Below, piece by piece: positions 1 through 12,972 of a stretch of 64,000 bases of DNA. The stretch covers positions 1 through 64,000 of the forward strand of contig MU057652.1 in the NCBI GenBank assembly GCA_013265495.1, read 5' to 3'. The translations under genes and the position numbers were made by a program. Every line of letters starts with the position of its first letter. The stretch's first letter is position 1. The notes beneath the pieces are model-generated. The model saw only the letters and a list, made by a program, of their open reading frames with translations. It did no database searches and was not told the origin of the DNA. The stretch comes from Vicugna vicugna (taxonomy: Eukaryota).

Positions 1-153
1 AGAATAGAAACAATAAGAAATACTATGGTTGCCCTTAAGTGTAGAAAACTAAATTATATTGTTAAATTTCCCAGAGATTTTACTAATTTATCTGAAATTT
101 TAATTTTGATTTTGTATTCAACACCACAATTATTAGGAACGTGTTATCTAAAG

Positions 154-514
154 ATATTGTTTTCAATTTTATTTCCATTTGATTTTTATTCAATTTCGAT
201 TTTATTATAACTGTTTGATCTAGGCCAATTTTTTTAATTATATACCTAAGTTATAATTATATATAATTAATATAAATTACATTATACATCATGTATAACC
301 CTCATACATGTTGCTGTGTGTTGTTCAGTTAAATATTGTTTTCAACTTTATTTCCATTTTATTTTTATTCAATTTTGATTTTATTATAACTGTTTGATCT
401 AGGCCAATTTTTTTTAATCATATACCTAAGTTATAATTATATATAATTAATATAAATTACATTATACATCATGTATAACCCTCATATGTGTTGCTGTGTG
501 TTGTTCAGTTAAAT
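154..514. repeat. Tandem duplication, ~179-bp unit x2
   Basis: 154-332 is repeated at 333-514 (atattgttttcaa...ttgttcagttaaat) with about six substitutions and a T-run length difference. Confidence 0.95.
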
Positions 515-1269
515 GTGCATTTTTGCAGGGCAGCAATAAAATAAACCAACTTGAATGAGATATAATATTCACTCTACAAGTCTATATACTTGAATCATTT
601 CTTTAGAATTATTTTATCTGTATTTATTAGAGATACTGGTCCATATGCTTCCCTTTTGTATGATGCTAATGGGAGACTGTTGGAGAATGTTAAATCTGTG
701 ATTCATTATAATTCATTTCTGTTCTGCTTTCTGTGGTCTAAATGTAACATGTTTCAATTCTGGATGATGGATGGATAGATAAATAGATAGGTGTGGAAAT
801 CATCACCTGCATGGATCTATTCTATAATTCTATTTATTTACAGTTCCACACTCGTCTGTGTTTGCATGTCCCATTCTGTCTTGCACCTCTGAGATTCTAT
901 CCAGGACTATTTCCTTCCATCTAAAAAGCACACTTTAGAAATAGTTGGAAGATGATGTTAAAATGATGCCCCATACAAACTGTTTTAAAAAAATCAAATA
1001 TCAAATACCTAAAGGGGAAAATCTCTATGGAAAAAGTGCTAGCTACTCATAGAAAACTCATTTTAATGAATGTGATTACACCTTGTCTTGTAGTTTTTCT
1101 ATTTTTATATCTATATTCAAGACGAGAGTGTAATGCTCATCTGTGTGCCTCTCTTTCTCTACTCAGTTTGTGGTGTGAAAATGTAGTAAGTATTTATTAA
1201 TATTGCAACTATGTGTTTCCTAGCTCTTAGTAAGATTTGTAGGGTTATCTTAAATGCAGAATTTTTACA

Positions 1270-1410
1270 CTTACAATACACCTGTAGGACAGCCATTCGT
1301 TACCCTAACTTAAATTGAAGGAAATTGAGGCTCTGTTGGACAAAGTAACCTATTGAGGAAGAGAATGCAGCATTAAGGTCTAAATAACTCAAGATTCTGC
1401 CTTCTTTCTG
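1270..1410 (-). mobile_element. MIR SINE relic
   Basis: gaaggaaattgaggctctg...aagtaacct resembles the reverse complement of the MIR core; highly diverged. Confidence 0.45.
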
Positions 1411-2510
1411 TCTATGTTTACTGCCTTTTGTGTACGTGTTATACGCTCAATGAAGTCTTTCTTTAAATTGAATTTAAACTGGGAAGCCGCGTTTGGTTGA
1501 ACAATAAATATGGTAGAGAATACTCTTTCTTACCTTTCAGGTCTGATACAATTCATGGAAAAAGGAAATGTTTTCATTGGTCTGGAAACTTAAAACAATG
1601 AAAAAGGCACTTTCCACGTTAAGCAGAAATTGAAGGGAATCAAATTGGATTGCATGAAATAGACAAAGCCAAGTGGGAAAGAAATGGAACTTAATTTTCC
1701 CCTTGTGTTCCTTATTATTTAACTTTTGATTAAGTATTTTTCCTTGACGGACAAATTAAGGAAATACACATTTGGTGGTGATACACTTCAGAAGGGCCCA
1801 CTCTAATGTAAATATTTCCTAAAATGCCTCTTTCCAATGTGCGAGCTGAGCCTGGCTGGGAGTGAAGTCCCCTCTTTAACGATTAATTGACAGCCAGTCA
1901 TGACGTGATCTGACAACTTGAGTGACAGCTGTCCCCAAGACATGCATAGAATGATGAGAAATGGGACAATGGATGATAAATGCTAAGTCAATAACCTTCA
2001 AAGATGACCTTTCTTCTCTTTTCAATCCCTCATAGCTGATGACTTCGTCTCTTCATCTCTCTTCGCTCTTGGTCCAACGTTGTGATGTACAAACTCATGG
2101 AAAGCCATCATATAATGTAATAAAGAGATACAGTTTTTTTCTTTTCACATGGATCCAAGTTAACTGGCATTTCTATAGTCTTCATATATTGTAAGCCTCT
2201 TTTTTTTCATGCTGAATTGGAGCCATTGGTAGTATTTCTAAAGGGATTTCAACACACTTGGGTTCATTGCAGTCCATTTCTAGACCTAGTCGTTCATGAA
2301 AACAATGTGTCCACGCAGATCAAATTTCTGGGTGCCAGAAAACAGTAAGCTTACTTAACATGTTGCTGTCTTACAGGTTGGCTTTGAAAAATACTAAGAC
2401 TGGTCTATATTCTTAAGTGTTGTCAATATTAGCAGATGCAGCCTAAGATCGCACATTATTTTTCTTTAGTCCATCACATCCTATTGCACGACATGTCGCA
2501 ATTAATCTTC

Positions 2511-3172
2511 ATCAGCTAATTCCAGTTGACATGCAGGCAGTTTTATCAGTGCTAATGAGGTCACGCTTCTCCTAACCTGAAATTGGTTAAGGGATTTTTG
2601 TGGTTTAATTGAGAAAGTTTTATATTATCAGCAATTATTTCAAGTTCACTGAATGGAACCTGTTTATTAAATATTTATTTAATATTTTATTAAAATACTG
2701 TTTACTTTCATTAAAATATTTATTTTATTAAATAAATATTTATTTATTTATTTATTTATATTATTTATTAAAATATTGATAACGAGATAACGATTTGTCT
2801 CTCTGCTTTGTTTGGAGTAGAAGCCAACATTCCTGCTGTGAAATCAGCTAATTCCAGTTGACACGCAGGCAGTTTTATCAGTGCTAATGAGGTCACACTT
2901 CTCCTAATCTGAAATTGGTTAAGGGATTTTTGTGGTTTAATTGAGATAGTTTTATATTATCAGCAATTATTTCAAGTTCAGTGAATGGAACCTGTTTATT
3001 AAATATTTATTTAATATTTTATTAAAATACTGTTTACTTTCATTAAAATATTTATTTTATTAAATAAATATTTATTTATTTATTTATTTATATTATTTAT
3101 TAAAATATTGATAACGAGATAACGATTTGTCTCTCTGCTTTGTTTGGAGTAGAAGCCAACATTCCTGCTGTG
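2511..3172. repeat. Tandem duplication, ~332-bp unit x2
   Basis: 2511-2840 is repeated at 2843-3172 (atcagctaattcc...cattcctgctgtg) with an AA filler and five substitutions, all in the first ~140 bp. Confidence 0.95.
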
Positions 3173-3474
3173 TTCTGTACGCCCTCTATCATCGGAATCC
3201 CACGTTAATTCTGGGAGCTCTTCCTTTTCAACTCCCCCCTAGGTGTCTCTGGGGTCTGGCCCTTCTTGCTCCCTTAGGTCTCATGCTCTAGCTAATTTCT
3301 CGTCTTGGAATAACATCCCATTGACCGGCTCCCTCACCTTCTTCAACTCTTTTCTAAAAATCTCACCTTCCCAAGGAGTCCTAACCTGAAAACGCAGTTC
3401 AGCATCTCAAACTGCCTCCCCCGTTGTGACACTCCAGTGCCTCCAGTCTGCTCCACACTTCTTTTGTTATTTTG

Positions 3475-4430
3475 ATCGCTTTATTGAGATGCATTCACAT
3501 AGCAGCCAAATCATACATTTAAAGGGTGCAAATCAATTTTTTTTAAATTATATTCACAGATAAGTGTCAACCATTACTACAGTCAATTTTAGAGGATTTT
3601 CTTTACCTTGGGGAGAAATCCCACAGTTTGGGTGTCCATCCTGTGTGCACCCATTCCCAAGGTAATCACAAACTCACTTCCTATCTCTATCAATTTTCTT
3701 ATCCTGGACATTTCCTTCCAACTGACATAATATGTGGTTTCCTGTGTTAATATAATATTTTCAAGGTTCGTCTGTGTTGTGCGTGTTATCAGCACCTCAT
3801 TTCTTTTATGGCTGGAAAATATTCCATTGTACGGAGTGACTTTTTTTTTCAGCCATTCATCTTTTAGCTGTTGTGAATGGTCCTGCACATATGTGTACAA
3901 TTCTTTGTTTGAACATACATTTTTCATACTTTGGGCATATATCTAGGAGTGGATTGCTGGGCCATATAGAAATTCTAGATTGACCATATTAAGGAACCAC
4001 CAATCTCTTTTCCATAGTTTCTAATTCTAGTGGATGGTGTGATTTTATTTGCTGTTCCCTGATGATAAATAATGTTGAATATCTTTTCATGGGATTATTG
4101 AATATTTTTAGATTTTCCTGAGCTAAATGTCTATTCAGGTCCTTTGCCAAATTTTAATGGGAATTTTCTTTTTGTTATTGAGTTATGAGTCATTTTTATA
4201 TTCAAGAGATATATATATATAGGCACATATATATTAGAAATATATGCAGATATAAAATGTGCACGTTTTCTCTCCCATTCTGTAAGACATATTTTCATTT
4301 GCTTGATGGCTTTCTTTCAAGCACAGATGCCGTTAATTTTTAGACAATCTGAAATACCTAATTTTTATTTTATTGTTCATGTTTTTGGTGTCCTGTGTAA
4401 GAATCCACTGCCAAATCTCAAGTCATGAAG
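3475..4430 (-). mobile_element. Old L1 (L1MB/MC-like) 3' UTR and ORF2 end
   Basis: Antisense L1 hallmarks: tttattgagatgcattcacata tail, ttgggcatatatctaggagtggattgctgg, tgtctattcaggtcctttgcc. Confidence 0.8.
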
Positions 4431-4449
4431 ACCTGGACCTGGAGTTTGC

Positions 4450-5525
4450 TTTGTGGAAAAGCTTTTGATTGATAATTCAGACTTTTTCCTTCGTACAAGG
4501 TTTTTCATATTGTTTGTATTGAATCAAATATGGTAGTTTGTGTATTTCTAGAATCATGCCCTTTCATTTTCAATTGTCTAATTTATTGGAATGCAATTGT
4601 CCTGGTTTGGCTTTGTAATTATTTTTATTTTATTTCATTTTTTATTTATGATTTATAATTATTTATATAAATAAAAATTATATATATTATATAAATATAA
4701 ATATTATATATATTTATAAATACATAACATAAATATATATAATATATAAATAAATATATAAAGTATATAATATATAAATAAATATATATTTATAAATATA
4801 TAATATATAAATAAATGTGTAAAATATATATTATATAAATATAAATAAATATATAAATTTATATTCATATATATAATTTATATATAATATATAATTTATA
4901 TATGTTGTATTTATATCTTATATATCATTTAAAATTATATTTATTTTTATTTGCTTTATGATTATTTATAATTGATTAAATAATAATTATTTTGAAATTT
5001 TATTTTATTTATAATTTGAGTTCTCTCTTTCATCAATTTAGCTAAAGTTTTGTCAGTTTTGCTAATCAAAAAAAACTATCTTTTGTTGTCTCTGATACTC
5101 TGTGTTAGATCTATAATATATGTCATTAATTTCTGCTATAATATTAATTATTTCCCTCCTTCTTTCTGCTTGTTTGAGGTTCAGTTTGTTATGTTTTTTT
5201 TCAGTGTTTTAGTATGAAAAGCCATTTTCTCCCAATCAGTGTCTTGTCTTTTCATTCTCTTAACAGTGTTTATTTTGCCAAGCAAAAATGTATTTCTTTC
5301 TTAATACAGACACTTACAGCAATAAATTTCCTTCTAAGATCCTCCTTATCTGAACCTCCGTTTTGTTATGTTCTATCTTCATTGTCAAAAATCTCAAGGT
5401 ATTTTTCTGATTTCTGTCGTGATTTCTTCCATGAGCCATTGTTTTTTGGGGAAGTGTGTTGTTTCGTTTGTGAATTTCTCAAATGACTTTCTTCTCTTCT
5501 TAATTTGTACTCATTCCCATCGCTC
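4450..5525 (-). mobile_element. Old L1 ORF2 fragment interrupted by an AT expansion
   Basis: T-rich antisense L1 text (gtagtttgtgtatttctagaatc, atttagctaaagttttgtcagttttg, cagcaataaatttccttctaag). Confidence 0.65.
4620..5010. repeat. AT-only low-complexity tract (degenerate (TA)n/ATAAAT)
   Basis: ~390 bp almost entirely A/T. Confidence 0.9.
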
Positions 5526-5639
5526 ACATTTTAAACAAGTTCAGATGTGATGTTTCTGGAAGCTTTAAAAATGCTAACTGTCATCTCATTGGATGGCTAT
5601 GGTGCATCTTATAATTTATTATATAAATGCCTCCAATTT

Positions 5640-7660
5640 CTTAGATTGTAAATTATGAGATAATTGTAGGCTCAATCACAGTTGTAAAAAAGACACAGAT
5701 AGATGTCACATAGTTTATGTCCAGTTTCCCACTATAGTAACATTTGAATAACTCTACTGTATCACAAGTTGGAAATAGGCATTGATACAATCCATCCAAC
5801 TCCATCAACTCACTCATTATAAACGCAATTATTTTTAAAAGTGTTTGCTTAGATCTATGCAGTTTGATCACATGCATAGATTTTAAAAAATTAATGTTGC
5901 ACAGTGTGCATTTTTTCTTACTTTTCCTTTTAAACTACCTCTACTGTTATAATTTGAAGTATTTCCTTAAGACAGCACATTGATGAGTCAGGCTAAATTT
6001 TTTTTCCATGCTGGCAATATCTTTTCATTGGCGTGTTTAAACTATTTATATAATTTGAAGTCATCATGGATATGTCAGATCTTTCTTAAATTCTTCAATT
6101 AAATTAATTTTTTTTTACTTATTTCTTCTATATCTCAATGGAATAACTTCCCTGGCATTCTTGTGGGAAACATAAATATTTTTTTTAGAGAATTCATCTT
6201 GATTTATTATTATTTCTTACCATATCAGCTTGAATATTTTCTTTGTGGTTACTTTCTATCTACTGTATAAGATAAAGACAGAGACAGAGTTATTTTATAT
6301 ATATATATATGTATATATATATATAATCTATATATATATTTTTATATATATATATAAAATCAATCAATATATATGTATCAATCACTGTGTAATTATCTCA
6401 CTGTTTTATCCCTTCAAGTAATTTGTAGAAACTTATTTCCATTTAAGTCCCTTTACCCTGTCCACTTTTTAAATATAATTATTTGATTATTTGCATACAT
6501 ACACTGAACACTACATTCGATGTTATAATATTTCTTTCCACCATAAATGACATCTTACAAAGGTCATGAGATTGAAGGATTTATTATTTTTATTCCTATT
6601 CTTGTCTTTTTCTGATATTCTTTTTTTCCCTGAAATTTCAAGCTTTCCATCTTCATTTCTGCTCTGTTTAAAATGTTTCCATTAGTTTTATCTGCAAGAA
6701 GATTTGCTGGTGACAAACGCTCTGAATGTCCCTTTGTATATGTCTTGCTTCCCCCTACTCCTGATGGAAACAGAATTTTGGTTGACAGGTTTTTGGGTTT
6801 TTTTTTCTGCTTTCAATACTTGAAGCATTGCTGTGTTAATTCTTCTGTCCTAGTGCTTTCAGGTGAGAAATCCGGTGTCAGTCAATTGCTGTTTCTTTAC
6901 ATAGTGATGCGTTGTTTCTCACTAGCTGCTTTTAAGACTTTGGCTTGTCTTTCTTATTTTTTAGAAATTGAATTATGGTGAATCCTGACATGGATTTATT
7001 GATGTTTATTATTTTTGTGGTTTGCTCATCGTCTTGATTCTGTAGGTTTATGTCTTTTATCACATTCAGGAAGTTTTCACCATTATTTCTTTGACTATTT
7101 CAGTTCCTCTGCCTCTCTGCTGTCTTCTGGGAGTTCATTTTACAAATGTTAGATTTTTTTTTTAGCCCCAGAAGTCCCTGAACTCTGTTCATTTGTTTTT
7201 TGTTTGTTTTTTTTTTTTGGTCCATTTGCTTAGGTGTTCAGTTTGATTACATTTATTTGATTTATCCTCAAGGTCACTGACACCCCCGTCCGTCTTCCTC
7301 ACTTTGCTAATTAACCTATCAAGCCGTTGTTCACTCTAGTTATTGTTTTAAGTTCTGTAATATCCTCTCTATCCTCTCATAACCCTCACATCATTTCTAT
7401 TCCACTGCTGTTCTTTGCTGTTTTCTCCCTATTTTTCATTTATTTCAAGAATGCCCTTCATTTCTCTTCGAGGCGTTTTGATTATGGCTTCTTGAAAAAT
7501 CCTTGACAGCAATTCCAACGTCTGATTCATCTCTTTAATAAAAGATTCACCTCTTTTATTTTCTATGCTTATTCAATATCTTATATATTCTTGGCATTCA
7601 GGATAGTAAGTGATGTTTTACTGGATAGTGGATATTCGAATAATACATTATGAGTTATCT
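5640..7660 (-). mobile_element. Fragmented ancient L1M (L1MC/MD/ME-like)
   Basis: Antisense L1 motifs (cagaattttggttgacagg, tttcaggtgagaaatccggtgtc, ttttatcacattcaggaagttttcaccattatttctt); boundaries approximate. Confidence 0.6.
6296..6356. repeat. Interrupted (TA)n microsatellite
   Basis: Read directly from the sequence. Confidence 0.9.
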
Positions 7661-7828
7661 GATCCAGGACAAGCATTTTCCTGCCCAGCTGGGTGATGCT
7701 GGAAGAAAACAGGGGGTTTGATTCCCCGGGACAAAGAGTGGAGCCGAGGATCAGCACCCCCCGCTCCCCACTCTTCCCTGCTGAAACCATGAGAGAGACT
7801 TGCTCCATTTTAAAATATTTTCTTGATT

Positions 7829-7893
7829 TGTAAAATCAAGAATTTGGCTTTGCCCAAAGAGAGGTCTGGCCTTTGTCTCCAGCTTCTGGGAAT
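7829..7893 (+). mobile_element. Short MER21-like LTR 5' fragment
   Basis: tgtaaaatcaagaatttggctttgcccaaagagaggtctggcctttg resembles the MER21-family start. Confidence 0.4.
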
Positions 7894-8723
7894 TTCTAGA
7901 TGAAGCATAAACATTTTTCTCAATCACAAAACTTGAACCAGTCTAAGGTTCTGAAACTCTTACATGTTGTGAGCATTTTATAACTAGACAATTTTGAAGA
8001 TATGGACGTGTTAATGTGATCCAACAATTACTGACTTTAAAAAAAACTGATTACCATGTACATCCTGAATCTCAAGGGTGCCTTGGGTTCTGATTGCGTG
8101 ATCGATTCCTCCACAAACAGGTTGATGCCCACAATAAAGGTCAATAATAAAAATGAATGAATGGCCTTAAAGATAGAAGACAATAAATTTATAAACAAGT
8201 AAGGCCATCTATCTCGATAATGGAGCCCAAATCATTCGCTGTTTTCCCAGCTTATAATCAATCCTCCTGTGAAATACAGAGTGAAATCATTTAATGTAAA
8301 TGATTAGAATTTGAGGTTAATTTTGTTTTTATAAATGCAAACACCACAGTTTGATTAAAGACAGACACATTAATTATTTATCAAGTCGGGTCATCCTACA
8401 GTGAAATAGTGGATATAAGATAATAAAACAGAAATAAAAATCGTAAATACTTTATAGCTTTATTGCCCTGCTCTGTAGCATTGATTTTATTAATCATCAT
8501 CCAAATTAAAATAAATATACTGTGTCTTAATGAATGGCTACAAAAAGTTAATTTATGATTCATAATAATAGGTTTTAGAATGCTTAATAATATTCTTTCA
8601 TGATATATACCCACATATAAAATGGCCATAGAATATAAATTCTACACATTTACAGTATCATAATCTGTCTGCACTTTTGGATATGATTTCTGATAAAATT
8701 AATTTTAAAAGTACATTATTCCA

Positions 8724-8937
8724 CATAGAATAAATAAATAAGATTATACCGTATAGCACAGGGAAATATATACAAGATCTGTGGTAGCTAACAGCAAAAA
8801 AGAAATGTGACAATGAATATATGTATGTTCATGTATAACTGAAAAATTGTGCTCCACACTGGAATTTGACACAACATTGTAAAATGACTATTACTCAATA
8901 AAAAATGTTGAAAAAAAAACCTTTGCATATTTTTTTA
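8724..8937 (+). mobile_element. 5'-truncated camelid-type L1 3' end with TSD
   Basis: gtatagcacagggaaatatatacaagatc...ctcaataaaaaa and A tail; flanked by aaaagtacattattcca (8707-8723) and aaaagtacgtgattcca (8938-8954). Confidence 0.9.
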
Positions 8938-9537
8938 AAAAGTACGTGATTCCATTATTTTCAATTTAAATGATGCATGTGTTTTTTTTTTTTATTGACC
9001 AAACATACATTGATGGCAAAGAAGAGGCAAATCTTTTGAAGATTTTACAGGCACAGAAAAACGTCGTTACATGTTTCCCGATTTGTAATGTTTTATCTAA
9101 CAAGGGCTCGTTTAACTGAAGCTAACCTTTAGATTATTTTCAAAAGGACTCAAAAAATAGTTTCATGTGTAAGTCTTTAATTGACTATCTGAAGTATTTA
9201 AGAGTTCCCCAGGTAGCCAAATTTATTTCAAAGCGCTAAAAAATATGTGTATTATAATTTTATTTAATCATTACTGTTTATAGAATTGCTCTATATTTAT
9301 TAATACAGGAGCTCTCCCAGTGGCTCAAATCTATACCTTTGGTTACTCATTAACTTTAATTATGATAATGTTGGAGCAATAACTATGAATTTCAGTAACA
9401 TTTAGTTTAATTAAAATACAACTGCATTCTGATTCTTCTTTTCAATGAGAAAATCCATTCCCTTAAAAAAAAACGGTACCTAATATGAAATTCAGTCCCT
9501 AAAGGCCAGATATTTTGGGTTCCAAAGTTTTGCTATT

Positions 9538-9935
9538 TTATATATAATATAGTAATCATATAATATAATAAATACATAATATAATAATATATAAATAATA
9601 AAATAATAGATTAATAATACAATAATATATAATATAATAATATGTAATATATAAATGGCATAATTATTGTAATTATTATTAATATAAGGATATATAATAT
9701 AATAATATATAATATATAAACAATATAAAGTATTGTTATTAATATAATATATAATGTAATAATACAATATAATAATATATACTATATAAATAAATAATAT
9801 ATTAATAATATAATAATATGTAATATATAAATGATATAACATTGTAATTATTATTATTATGACATATAATGTAATAATATATGATTTATTATTAATATAA
9901 TATATAATATAATAATACAGTATAATAATAATAAA
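9538..9935. repeat. AT-rich degenerate tandem repeat (ATAAT/TATAA units)
   Basis: ~400 bp nearly pure A/T; source of the Ile/Tyr-rich 172-aa ORF. Confidence 0.9.
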
Positions 9936-10918
9936 TGGGGCGATGTAGCATCTATTTAATCCAACATTGCTGTAAAATTTCGATGACCTAAGCCAAAAAT
10001 AAAAATTCAAAATATCTATTAGATTTGGTTAATTCCAAAAAACCAGGCTGTGCAGGCATGGGTGGTGCGCCTTACCAAACACCCTTCCCGGTGCTGACAA
10101 GAGCAAATATTAAACATCACATTTCTTCTCTGCAGACGACCTGGGATTAGTTCATTGGAAAGAGCGTTTTCCAAAACTGAAGTGACACCTGAGAACAGCT
10201 TCATTCACTCCTGTCTCCTAAACTCAGTTTTTGTATCTGTGCTCTTCAAGTTCTGGGGGGAAGGGAAGCGGTCCTCTGAAACAAGTCCTCAGCAGGATGG
10301 CAGAGCCACGTGCGTGAGGACGTGGCTAAGCTGTTGTCACCACCCCCAGCAGCCACGTCTGCTTTTCCCACGTTCCACCCTTCCCTGGTGAGGTTCGTTG
10401 CTACTTGCAACACGTCTTTGCTACAATCTTTACACCAGCAACTCCCAACACGTTTTTCTTGAAACTGATGGAATAAATAAAAACCAACTAAGACGTTTGT
10501 TTTGTTTGTTTCCTTTCTGCAATTCTGGGCTTCTAAATTCCAAAAGAAAACGTGACTCCCCACAAGCAGGATGGGGACATGGCTGTGTGTTTGCCACAAA
10601 TGCTCCAATGGCTGCCCTGAATCCCCCCACCTCCAGCTGCCGGGGACAAAGTCGTTTCCTCCACACCGGAAGTGTCACCTCCATCACCTGCACTTGCATT
10701 CCTCCCTGATGACCCTCCACTAGCAGAAGCTGAGCTTGCTCCTGGGCACGGGAAGGGAAGGATGACTGAGCTGACACCTTAAGGGCACCTCACAACTAAA
10801 GAGGGGTAAATACCGCAGCCCATTGGTGGTGCAGTTCTGAGCTGCGTTTCACACGCTTTCCAACTGGATTGAGCTCACGTGTCTACCACCAGAATTTGCT
10901 TATTAACACGCATATTAT

Positions 10919-11692
10919 TGTTACTGAACCAAACTTAGGTCCACTCGCCCATGTGCAGGAAATCCAGTGTACTGATACCAGGCTGTGGTGAAGCAAAGTG
11001 CATCATTGATGGTTGGAGGCGCAAGAAGGGAGTCCAGTGCTTAAAGCATCCGAATTCCCCAGACTTTCAGGGAAAGGTTTATAAAATACGGGTGAGGGAA
11101 GGGGTTTGTGGTGTGTGTGTTATTTTTCTCATTGGTTGGTGGTGGGGTAGGCAGAAGTCAACATTAATGTGCCAGTCAGCCTGGGGTCTATGTGCTTGTG
11201 GGCAACATAGAGTTAACATCTTCCAACTCTTCCAACACAGAGTTAACGTCTTCCACCTGCAAAGAGTTAACGTCTTCCAACGCAAAGTTAACGTTTTCCA
11301 CCTGCATAGAGTTAACGTCTTCCAACTCTTCCAACATAGAGTTAACGTCTTCCAACGCAGAGTTAACGTCTTCCACCTGCAGAGTTAACGTCTTCCAACT
11401 CTTCCAACACAGAGTTAACGTCTTCCACCTTTCAATGTCTGCAAAACAGCTCAAAGGACATGGATTAGAATTTCTACAGCCCTTGAGGTGGGACTAAAGG
11501 TCCTTCCTTGACTTTGTTTAATGGCTAAGCTATTATTTTGTCTTCCTTGAATGTTTTCCTTTCTTTCTTAAGGAATGGAGCTTGGGGAAGCCAAGGAGAC
11601 TTAATTTTTCCTACAGACGACCGACAGGCAGAGAACCTTGGGGGACAGGGGGCTGTTCTGGGAAGACCCCCATTGGGTCCTGCTGGGTCGCA
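10919..11692 (-). mobile_element. ERV1-class solo LTR
   Basis: TG (10919) to CA (11692) termini with 4-bp TSD TTAT (10915-10918 / 11693-11696); body resembles cetartiodactyl ERV1 LTRs in antisense. Confidence 0.85.
11203..11430. repeat. Minisatellite in the LTR: 9 copies of core AGAGTTAACGTCTTCCA with three spacer types
   Basis: GTTAAC at 11212, 11242, 11266, 11287, 11311, 11341, 11362, 11384, 11414. Confidence 0.95.
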
Positions 11693-12972
11693 TTATTGGT
11701 TTTTCTGTCTTTCTTGTTTTATTTATTCTCTCTCTCTCCCTTGTCTTCCTTTCACTATGCCCTCTCTGCTGCTTTTGAGATCATGTCCCAAACACACACA
11801 TTAATTTTTCTTTGTTTGAACTCACAGTACAAATATACGACACTTAAAATCACAATTCTCTATTATAATTACCTTGGATATTATAATACAGTAGGATGTT
11901 GAATCCATGATGTTAAATTAGTTAAGATGAATTAAAACCATATTTTCATGTTTAAAGTTTTTAAAAAACCAAACCAGTCATTGTCTTCTTTTGAATTCAC
12001 ATGAGCCCTTGGACACACATGATTATTTTAAAGCAGTTCCTGCCTCTAGGAAAACATGTGGCATATTGAACACACTTTTAAAACAATTATCCTTGGAAAA
12101 TACCGGATATTTGAAAATGTTTACACATATATCCCTGAATTGAAAACCTCATCATGGGTTTATTTTATAAGTAGGTCCTGATGTATAATATTGTTTTATT
12201 TATAACATAAATTGAAGGACTGAAGATTAAGCTGACTTTTCTATTTAAAGAACAAAAAGCAATTATATCACAAGAAACACATATAAAGGTTGACAAGACG
12301 TATGCAGAAATTTTTTTTAAATCCATATATTTCTGCGTCAATTTTTTTTAATCTGCCTACAGTTTTTACACCTGTCAAAATGTGCTTGAAATAAAAGCAG
12401 TGCCTTAAAAAATTCTGAAGTTTATTATTCCTCTGAGAGGGATCAAAAGAATTATGGTATGGTGAAATATTCTGATTGACACAGTTTGGGACAGGAATAA
12501 TTCTCCAGAGCTTAACTTCTGCCAAGATAATTTAAAATGACATAGAGACTTCTGAATGTAAAGAATTTATGGGAAAAAATGATCACTAAGAAAGAATAAT
12601 GGATAATACATAGTTTTTAATTAAAATATACTGAAAGTAAATGTCTTAAAAAATTAGATGGATATGTTGTGCATCTAATTGCATATTTTATTTCTAGGTT
12701 TTTTGTTTTTTTGCTTTAGTTTACAAAAGCTTATTATTTTGTATGATAGGTATTGTATATGCTAAATAAAGGAAAATTAGACAATAGAAAATAAAGAAAA
12801 AATGTTAGTCAATCAAACAGAAACAATAATTGCACGATCTATTAGCACACAACCTGTGTCTTATTTACGTAGCATATCTAATGTTTATTTTTAGCAGGGT
12901 GAGAAAGAGATTATAAGGAGACTAAATAAGGAAAAAGAGCAAAATTAGGAACCTTTTGCAATATGCCAGTAT

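Noticed and set aside
9492..10010. 172-aa Ile/Tyr-rich ORF
   Set aside because: Translation of an AT-only repeat.
11203..11430. CRISPR array
   Set aside because: Spacers are only 4-13 bp and are themselves repeated; the array sits inside a mammalian LTR and there are no cas genes.
10951..11497. Overlapping repeat-protein ORFs (145, 101, 88 and 68 aa)
   Set aside because: They stay open only because the minisatellite units are mostly multiples of 3 and lack stops; LTR-derived.
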